A program made the translations under genes and the position numbers. Below the pieces are notes generated by a model. It was given only the letters and a program-made list of their open reading frames with translations, was not told where the DNA came from and ran no database searches. Positions 42,195-47,728 of a stretch of DNA of 47,728 bases are shown here, one piece after another (the first letter of the stretch is position 1; every line of letters starts with the position of its first letter). Source of the stretch: a virus (lineage: Duplodnaviria; Caudoviricetes); the IMG/VR virus record IMGVR_UViG_3300014202_001126, positions 1 through 47,728 of that record. The stretch is one strand, 5' to 3'.

Positions 42195-43931
42195 ATGGCC
42201 ATCACGATGCGACCCAAACCCGTCCGCGCCGCGAAGCGCGAGATCAAGCTCGATCCAGGCCCACAGAATGGGAACGGCCAACACGACTTTCCGATGCTCG
42301 GTGCTGCCGAGAAGTCGATCGCAATAGGACGCGCCACCAACGGCGCCGCGATCGCACCCGACGCCGAGGCCTCGGCCGACGGGATCTACCTGGTGCAGCA
42401 GATCGCGCTCGAGCACGTGCAGATCGACTCGGGCCACAATCCGCGCACCGAGTTCGATAAGGAGAAGCACGAGGAGCTGACGGCCAGCGTGCGCGAACAC
42501 GGAATCCTGCAGCCGATCCTCGTGCGGCCCGACGTGGGGGGCGCTGCCTTTGTACTCGTCGCCGGCGAACGCCGCTTTCGCGCGGCCCGCGCCGCGGGGC
42601 TCGAGACGGTGCCCTGCGTCGTACGCGAACTCGACGAGCGACAAGCCAAAGAGCTGGCGATCGTCGAGAACCTGCAGCGCGACGACTTGAACGTGCTCGA
42701 CGAGGCGCAGGCCTTCGCCGACCTGATCGAGCTGGGAGTCTCGCAAGCCGACCTGGCTCGCCGTCTCGGTTGCAACCCGTCGCACGTCTCGAACCGCTTG
42801 CGGCTATTGAAACTGCCGAAGGCGCTCAAGGCCCGCGTCGTTTCCCAGGAAATCACCCCCACGCAGGCCCGCGAGCTGCTGCCACTGTGCGAGTACCCCT
42901 CTCTCGCGAAGCACATCAACGAAGTGCTCGAGCGCGTCGCGAAGTGGGAAGGCCTGCCGCTCGGCAAGGAGCAGTGGGAGGAGACGCTCGATTACGACAT
43001 CCTGAACGAGGGATGCTGGAGGGTCGATCACGCGGGGGTCGTCGACAACGTCGCGGTGCCGCCGCTCGAGCTGACCGACGAGCAGCGCCGCCAGCTCGAA
43101 GTCTTCGTCCACAACAAGCAAGAGTACGCCGCCAACGCGACGCTCTTCGAGAAGTTGTGGAACGCGCACGCCAAAGCGTTCGTCGCTGTCCATGCTGAGA
43201 AGGCCACGAAGAAGAAGGGCAAAGGTGCCACCGCGAAGGGCGGGAAGAGCGCCAAGGGCAAGAAGCCGACCGCCTCGCAGCTCAAAGCGAAGGCCGAGAA
43301 GCAAGCCACCGAGACCGCGCGACGCGTGGCCCACGTCAAGCACGACTGGTTCTGTTATCTGATCGCCGGCGCCGTCGCGAAGTGCAAGGACCTGGCCACG
43401 CTCACGAAGCTCGCCCTCACGCTGCACGCGGAACCCGAGAACGTCGGCGCCGGGGTGCTGTGGGGCAAGCCCGAGAAGCTCGACGCCGAAGTCGACCCCG
43501 TGCGCATGGACCAGTCGTCGAACTATCGCCGCGTCCACGGCTGCTCGCGCGACTACGACGAACGCAACACACCAGTTTGGCGCAAGCTCAAACCGCTCAC
43601 CGGAGTCTCGTTTAACAAGTCGGTCGCCGAGTGGTGCGCCGCCCACTTCTACGCCGCCGATCGTGCCTGGCACGCCGCCGATTACGATCTGCTGCCGGTG
43701 CTGATGAAGGAATTCTCGATCGACGAGAAGGCGGCCTGGAAGTCGGAGAAGCTGGGCCCGTACACCCAGCGCTACTACGAGCTGCACACGACCGACCAGC
43801 TCACCGCGCTCGCCGCCGAGCTGGGTGTCCACCTCGAGTCGAGCAAACCCAAAGCGATCAAGGTCCAAATCCTGATGGGCGCCGCGTTCCCACCGTATCC
43901 CAAGGAACTGGCCGCCGCCGAGGTGAAGTGA
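42195..43931 (+). CDS. parB: ParB/Spo0J-family protein with long C-terminal extension
   Basis: NPR, GILQPILVR, LVAGERRFRAA, IVENLQRDDL; HTH SQADLARRLGCNPSHVSNRLRLL. Confidence 0.9.
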   Translation: MAITMRPKPVRAAKREIKLDPGPQNGNGQHDFPMLGAAEKSIAIGRATNGAAIAPDAEASADGIYLVQQIALEHVQIDSGHNPRTEFDKEKHEELTASVREHGILQPILVRPDVGGAAFVLVAGERRFRAARAAGLETVPCVVRELDERQAKELAIVENLQRDDLNVLDEAQAFADLIELGVSQADLARRLGCNPSHVSNRLRLLKLPKALKARVVSQEITPTQARELLPLCEYPSLAKHINEVLERVAKWEGLPLGKEQWEETLDYDILNEGCWRVDHAGVVDNVAVPPLELTDEQRRQLEVFVHNKQEYAANATLFEKLWNAHAKAFVAVHAEKATKKKGKGATAKGGKSAKGKKPTASQLKAKAEKQATETARRVAHVKHDWFCYLIAGAVAKCKDLATLTKLALTLHAEPENVGAGVLWGKPEKLDAEVDPVRMDQSSNYRRVHGCSRDYDERNTPVWRKLKPLTGVSFNKSVAEWCAAHFYAADRAWHAADYDLLPVLMKEFSIDEKAAWKSEKLGPYTQRYYELHTTDQLTALAAELGVHLESSKPKAIKVQILMGAAFPPYPKELAAAEVK

Positions 43932-43937
43932 GTTCCA

Positions 43938-43975
43938 TCAACGCAAAGACGCCAAGGGGCAAAGACGCAAAGGAG
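43938..43975 (+). repeat. REP-like type B
   Basis: tcaacgcaaagacgccaaggggcaaagacgcaaaggag. Confidence 0.8.
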
Positions 43976-43983
43976 AGGGCCCG

Positions 43984-44241
43984 TTGTTTACGAAGTACTT
44001 GAATCAGTTTGGAAAGTGCGAGGCCGAGTGGGTCCAGGAAGTGCTGGACATGCACGAGGGCGACGAGCCGAGCGCGCGCGAGGCGGTGTTGAAAGCCGTC
44101 GAGCGGATCATCGAGACTCGAAAAAGCGGTGAAGGGCAACTGACCAGCTTCGAGCAAACCGTCGACGCGTGTTGTTTTGCCAGTCGGATGTGGTGGCCTG
44201 TCGGAATCGCACGTCTCAAAGAACTGGGGCGACTGACGTAG
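43984..44241 (+). CDS. Phage hypothetical protein
   Basis: ORF downstream of the repeat-borne RBS. Confidence 0.5.
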   Translation: MFTKYLNQFGKCEAEWVQEVLDMHEGDEPSAREAVLKAVERIIETRKSGEGQLTSFEQTVDACCFASRMWWPVGIARLKELGRLT

Positions 44242-44255
44242 TCAAGGATCAACTG

Positions 44256-44447
44256 ATGCACCCCAAAGACCCCACGAACCCGCAGGAGTGGCAATTTGCC
44301 GTCGACGCGGCGCAGTTTCATCTGCTGCTGGAATCCGCCCGCCAGTACGGACTCGTCGGTGGCGGGCCGGAGATCGACGTCGCACGGTGCAACGAGCTGC
44401 TCGATCGAGGCCGAGAGCTCGGTTACATCCCCGCGCTCAATTTGTAG
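44256..44447 (+). CDS. Phage hypothetical protein
   Basis: AAGGA RBS; EWQFAVDAA..LLESARQYGL. Confidence 0.6.
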   Translation: MHPKDPTNPQEWQFAVDAAQFHLLLESARQYGLVGGGPEIDVARCNELLDRGRELGYIPALNL

Positions 44448-44494
44448 TAGTTCATTTTTCACCGCAGAGACGCGAAGACGCCGAGGGCCGACAG

Positions 44495-44683
44495 ATGTCA
44501 CTACTAATCCGCTTGCGTAACGACGAACACTACTCGATCTACGTGAATCCGCGGATGATCACTTCGGTCACGCCGCGCGATCGCAAGGGTGCCAAGATCA
44601 CTACGAGCGACGAGACGCTGTATGTCCAGGAGGACCCCAATGAAGTTGCCTCCCTGTGTGAAGCAGCGCTCGCCCGCGAGTAA
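44495..44683 (+). CDS. FlbD/SwrD-like small protein
   Basis: IRL...IYVNPRMITSV......ITT..ETLYVQEDPNEV matches the FlbD pattern; flanked by repeats at 44458(+) and 44686(-). Confidence 0.55.
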   Translation: MSLLIRLRNDEHYSIYVNPRMITSVTPRDRKGAKITTSDETLYVQEDPNEVASLCEAALARE

Positions 44684-44768
44684 CCCCTCTGCGTCTTTGC
44701 GTCTTTGCGTTGAATCGTTCCCTGTGAAATCTCGTTTCCCCATTTCCCAACCGGCAAGGAAGCCACAC

Positions 44769-45092
44769 ATGCTCAGTCTCAAACGCTACGAAGGTGAGTC
44801 GATCCAGATCGGGAGCGACGTGCTCGTCAAGCTCGTCGCGATCATGCCCGGCCGCCAGGCGCGGCTCGGGATCGTCGCCCCACGCGACGTGCGGATCGCC
44901 CGCACCGAGATCGCCCAAGTCGACGATAGCCTCCCCGCCACGATCAAGCTCGCGCTTGTCGAGCAGGCCCTGGCCGACTCACTCCGCACCCAAAACCACT
45001 ACGCCAAGCTGCTCAACAGCTACGACGGAGGTAAACGACTCACGTTCGAAAGCGCGCAGGCCTGGGTCGCACACCGCAAGCGCGCCGCCTGA
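44769..45092 (+). CDS. csrA: CsrA (carbon storage regulator)-like protein with C-terminal extension
   Basis: MLSLKRYEGESIQIGSDVLVKLV....ARLGIVAPRDVRIARTEI. Confidence 0.85.
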   Translation: MLSLKRYEGESIQIGSDVLVKLVAIMPGRQARLGIVAPRDVRIARTEIAQVDDSLPATIKLALVEQALADSLRTQNHYAKLLNSYDGGKRLTFESAQAWVAHRKRAA

Positions 45093-45100
45093 TCGTTCCT

Positions 45101-45142
45101 TTAACGCAAAGACGCCAAGGGGCAAAGACGCAAAGCAAGGAG
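45101..45142 (+). repeat. REP-like type B
   Basis: ttaacgcaaagacgccaaggggcaaagacgcaaagcaaggag. Confidence 0.8.
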
Positions 45143-45151
45143 TCTCTAGCA

Positions 45152-45703
45152 ATGGTCATTCGAGAGTACGAGCCGAATCCCATCATCGTGCGCAAGGCCG
45201 TCGCGATATGGCGCGGGGCGATCTTGGTGCCGAGGTACGACAACGGCGCCGACGATCTGCAAAACAGGATGGCCCAGGTCCTGGCGTCGCGCTTGCCCTC
45301 GAACGCCGACGAGCCTGGCGTGCTCGACAAGTTCTGCGACGAGCTGCAGCGTCTGCTGACGACGAAATTGCGTTTTGATCGGGACACCGACTTCAAACCG
45401 ATCGACGATACCGTGAATGGCTACTTCCAGGTCGCGTTGCACGTCGACTATGGGCCTGACTTGCTGCTGACACACGCCGCGAAGGTTGCGGGACTAAGGA
45501 TGGAATTTCCCTGGAAGACCTACATGTCCTTGGACGGGCGGTGCTTGGTGTGGAGGAACGGTTACTCTGCAATGCAGCGCTATTATTACCCGCTCGACGC
45601 AGAGGGCTCACGCTGGCTCGTCACGACGCTTTCCGGCGACGACATCGACAAGATCATTGCCGCCGTGCAAGCCGGTGTCGATCTGGGGCTGACGATCGAG
45701 TGA
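45152..45703 (+). CDS. Phage hypothetical protein
   Basis: LHVDYGPDLLL..AA....FPWKTYM. Confidence 0.7.
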   Translation: MVIREYEPNPIIVRKAVAIWRGAILVPRYDNGADDLQNRMAQVLASRLPSNADEPGVLDKFCDELQRLLTTKLRFDRDTDFKPIDDTVNGYFQVALHVDYGPDLLLTHAAKVAGLRMEFPWKTYMSLDGRCLVWRNGYSAMQRYYYPLDAEGSRWLVTTLSGDDIDKIIAAVQAGVDLGLTIE

Positions 45704-45816
45704 GACGACTGCCGTTCCTGAAACCAAACAATTTCAGCGAGACGCACATCGTCACGTCGTGCACGTGCGATTCGTGCTTCAAGGTGATGACGCCGACGCC
45801 GTCGGGTTACTTCGTC

Positions 45817-45856
45817 TAACGCAAAGACGCCAAGGGGCAAAGACGCAAAGGGGGAG
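45817..45856 (+). repeat. REP-like type B
   Basis: taacgcaaagacgccaaggggcaaagacgcaaagggggag. Confidence 0.8.
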
Positions 45857-45858
45857 CC

Positions 45859-46074
45859 ATGACAACAACCAGTCGTTCAGCGCAGCACTTGCCGACGCGC
45901 TGCTGCGTTTGTGGGCACACGTTCAGCGTTCGGCCCTCGATCGCGATGCAAATGGGGCTGAACACCGGCCACGCGAGCTGCCCAGGGTGCGGCGAGTTTC
46001 TACACGTCGTGGCGCTCGAATGCGAAGCGTCGACGGAGAAGTGGGACGACTGGCTCAAGAGACAGCCACGATGA
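45859..46074 (+). CDS. Small zinc-ribbon protein
   Basis: CCVCG...CPGCG. Confidence 0.6.
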   Translation: MTTTSRSAQHLPTRCCVCGHTFSVRPSIAMQMGLNTGHASCPGCGEFLHVVALECEASTEKWDDWLKRQPR

Positions 46075-46102
46075 TTTACCGCAGAGACGCAGAGGAGAAG
46101 CC

Positions 46103-46342
46103 GTGAAGCGACTGTTGCTGATCGGGCTGGTTGCGATTGCCGGATGCAGCAAGGGTGGCGACCTCACGGTAAGCACCGGTACCACTCAGCCCGCCTCGTC
46201 CCAGTACACGTTTGGACACTGTCTCTACCAAGGCGGTGGAGTCGCCGTGGGGGATTTCGACGGGGACGGCCGCGACGACGTCGTCTATATCGACACCAAC
46301 CGGAAGGTTCACATCGTGCTCAACACCGGCCAGTGGAAGTAA
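46103..46342 (+). CDS. Small lipoprotein with a single FG-GAP/VCBS motif
   Basis: Lipobox IAGC; VAVGDFDGDGRDDVV; type A repeat at 46076 supplies the RBS. Confidence 0.7.
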   Translation: MKRLLLIGLVAIAGCSKGGDLTVSTGTTQPASSQYTFGHCLYQGGGVAVGDFDGDGRDDVVYIDTNRKVHIVLNTGQWK

Positions 46343-46372
46343 CCGTACTCATTGCCAGTGATTCGATTTTTC

Positions 46373-46440
46373 GTCGCGATTTGCCGCTCATCGGAGCCCT
46401 GACGCGCAGAGTCGCGAACCCTCCCCCGCGAGGTCGCGGG
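46373..46440 (+). repeat. 44-46 bp element plus cccgcgaggtcgcggg hairpin
   Basis: gtcgcgatttgccgctcatcggagccctgacgcgcagagtcgcgaa. Confidence 0.7.
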
Positions 46441-46544
46441 TGGTCATTGGCGGGGTTTGTCGCGATGGTTCCATTTGTGTTTCACATCTCACTTTTCTTT
46501 CTGGTCCAGGGACGGGCCGCTTCCCCTAGTCAAGGAGCGACAGT

Positions 46545-47429
46545 ATGCCCCGTCCGAAGAAATCGACCGTTACCGCCGCGAAGATGCTGCCCGAGGAGCG
46601 CGCGCTGTGGCAGGCGTACGCCCGCCAGCGTACGCCCGAGCGGCGTAACCAGCTCTGCGAACACTACCAGCACCTGGTGGTGGCCATCGCGCGGCGCTTG
46701 TGCGAGCGCCTGCCCAACTCCGTCGAGCTCGACGATATGATCTCGGCCGGCACGATCGGCCTGATGGGCGCCGTGCAGGCGTTCGAGCCCGCGCGCGGCA
46801 TCTTGTTCGGCACGTACGCCACGCAGCGCATCCACGGACAAATGATCGACGAGCTGCGCCTGACCGATCACGTGAGCCGCAACACGCGTGCCCGCGCCGC
46901 CCGTTGGGAGCACGCCATGTCGCAACTCCGCGCGGAGCTGCAGCGCGAACCGACCGACGAGGAGATCGCCGTCGAGCTCGGGGGCACCGCCGAGGAAGTG
47001 ACCGTGCTCCGCCTGGCTTCCGTCGCCGCACGTCAGACGGCGCGACTACGGACTGGACTCTATCGCAGCGTAGAGGAAAGCGATCGAGACGTATCGCTCG
47101 AGTGGACCGAGATCGTCGCCGATCCGCACGCCGCTGCTCCCGATCGCCGCCAGGTCGCCGGCGACGTGTGGCGCATCGTGTTGCGAGGTTGCTCGAAGGC
47201 GGAGCGACTGGTCCTGATCGGCTACTACCACGAAGAGCAGACGATGAAGGAGATCGGGAAGTCGCTGGGGATGAGCGAATCGCGTGTGAGCCAGATCCAC
47301 TCGGCCCTCCTCGATCGACTCCGTGCCGGGAACGCCCGGCTGCGACTTCGCGACTCGGCGCCGGTGCCATCGATGAGCCGTGCCGCGCGACGTTCGCCGA
47401 TCCCGTGGCCCAGACGGGCCAGTGCCTGA
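46545..47429 (+). CDS. fliA: RNA polymerase sigma factor, FliA/WhiG (sigma28) family
   Basis: VELDDMISAGTIGL..AVQAFEP.RG..FGTYA..RIHGQMIDELR; REPTDEEIA; TMKEIG..LGMSESRVSQIH. Confidence 0.88.
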   Translation: MPRPKKSTVTAAKMLPEERALWQAYARQRTPERRNQLCEHYQHLVVAIARRLCERLPNSVELDDMISAGTIGLMGAVQAFEPARGILFGTYATQRIHGQMIDELRLTDHVSRNTRARAARWEHAMSQLRAELQREPTDEEIAVELGGTAEEVTVLRLASVAARQTARLRTGLYRSVEESDRDVSLEWTEIVADPHAAAPDRRQVAGDVWRIVLRGCSKAERLVLIGYYHEEQTMKEIGKSLGMSESRVSQIHSALLDRLRAGNARLRLRDSAPVPSMSRAARRSPIPWPRRASA

Positions 47430-47453
47430 GGGGCGTTTCCCAAGAAACGCCCC
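47430..47453. promoter_or_regulatory. NBS/parS-like palindrome with extended arms
   Basis: ggggc-GTTTCCCAAGAAAC-gcccc. Confidence 0.6.
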
Positions 47454-47472
47454 TGGTACGGATTGGGTACCG

Positions 47473-47549
47473 GTCGCGCAAAACGTACCAGCCTGGCTCC
47501 CGCGCAGAGTCGCGAAACCGCCGCCGGGCGGCCCCGGCCCTCTCCCGCG
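47473..47549 (+). repeat. 44-46 bp element plus two hairpins
   Basis: gtcgcg...cgcgcagagtcgcgaa, ccgggcggccccgg, cccgcgaggtcgcggg. Confidence 0.65.
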
Positions 47550-47728
47550 AGGTCGCGGGCGCGTAAATGCTAGCGTGGCGGCGTAAGGGGCTCTGCTGCA
47601 ATAGGTTGCCACCGCGCGGAACCACCCAGGGAAGATGAAAAATGGTGGACTCGGCTGGGCATTGGCGGGTTGGTCGGCGATAGTTCGAGAGCATCGTGAG
47701 ACGTCGCGACCGGGCACGGTGGGAAACC

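Noticed and set aside
45494-45507. Additional NBS-like site ATTTCCCTGGAAGA
   Set aside because: The right half-site and centre deviate from the consensus, so it was not counted
37967-46097. CRISPR array or classical integron made of the type B repeats
   Set aside because: Spacing is hundreds to thousands of bp, orientations are mixed and there are no cas genes. The ends resemble attC boxes (..YAAC / GTTGAAT), but the two halves enclose genes rather than forming one attC, and I see no IntI-specific insertion in the integrase
47560-47685. Canonical sigma28 promoter (TAAA-N15-GCCGATAA) for the late operon
   Set aside because: TAAA and a GGCGATAG-like box exist but not at the correct spacing
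47710-47728. N15-like hairpin telomere (telRL) at the window ends
   Set aside because: The centre is a non-palindromic GAAA loop, the perfect arms are only 13 bp, and no protelomerase is recognisable

Overview
The window reads as an essentially complete ~47.7 kb GC-rich temperate siphophage genome in its circular (attP) arrangement. The host is probably a Planctomycete, inferred from the RimI-, FliA- and CsrA-like proteins. Gene order: membrane/lysis-like and accessory structural genes (0.2-10.3 kb); a cos-like packaging region with a lambda cosQ match (10.3-10.5 kb); PLD-like nuclease, terS, lambda-type terL, portal, protease-scaffold-capsid fusion, connectors and tail (10.5-29.3 kb); an accessory/defence block with SIR2-TPR, a PIN pair and an IS1-family remnant (29.3-34.7 kb); a tRNA(CAT) 3' fragment as attP core; tyrosine integrase; and an early region with a replication initiator, ParB, FlbD-like, CsrA-like and FliA-like genes (36.4-47.4 kb). 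The most unusual layer is non-coding. (1) Ten dispersed RTTTC-YYRR-GAAAH palindromes resemble Noc/parS sites and match a ParB with Noc-like specificity residues. (2) About 19 REP-like repeats sit at gene boundaries and bracket small early genes as inverted pairs. (3) A 44-46 bp intergenic element occurs seven times in both orientations. (4) Several structured RNA candidates are present, including a C4/CI-like leader, and no CI repressor is recognisable. All calls are from motifs read by eye, with no database searches.
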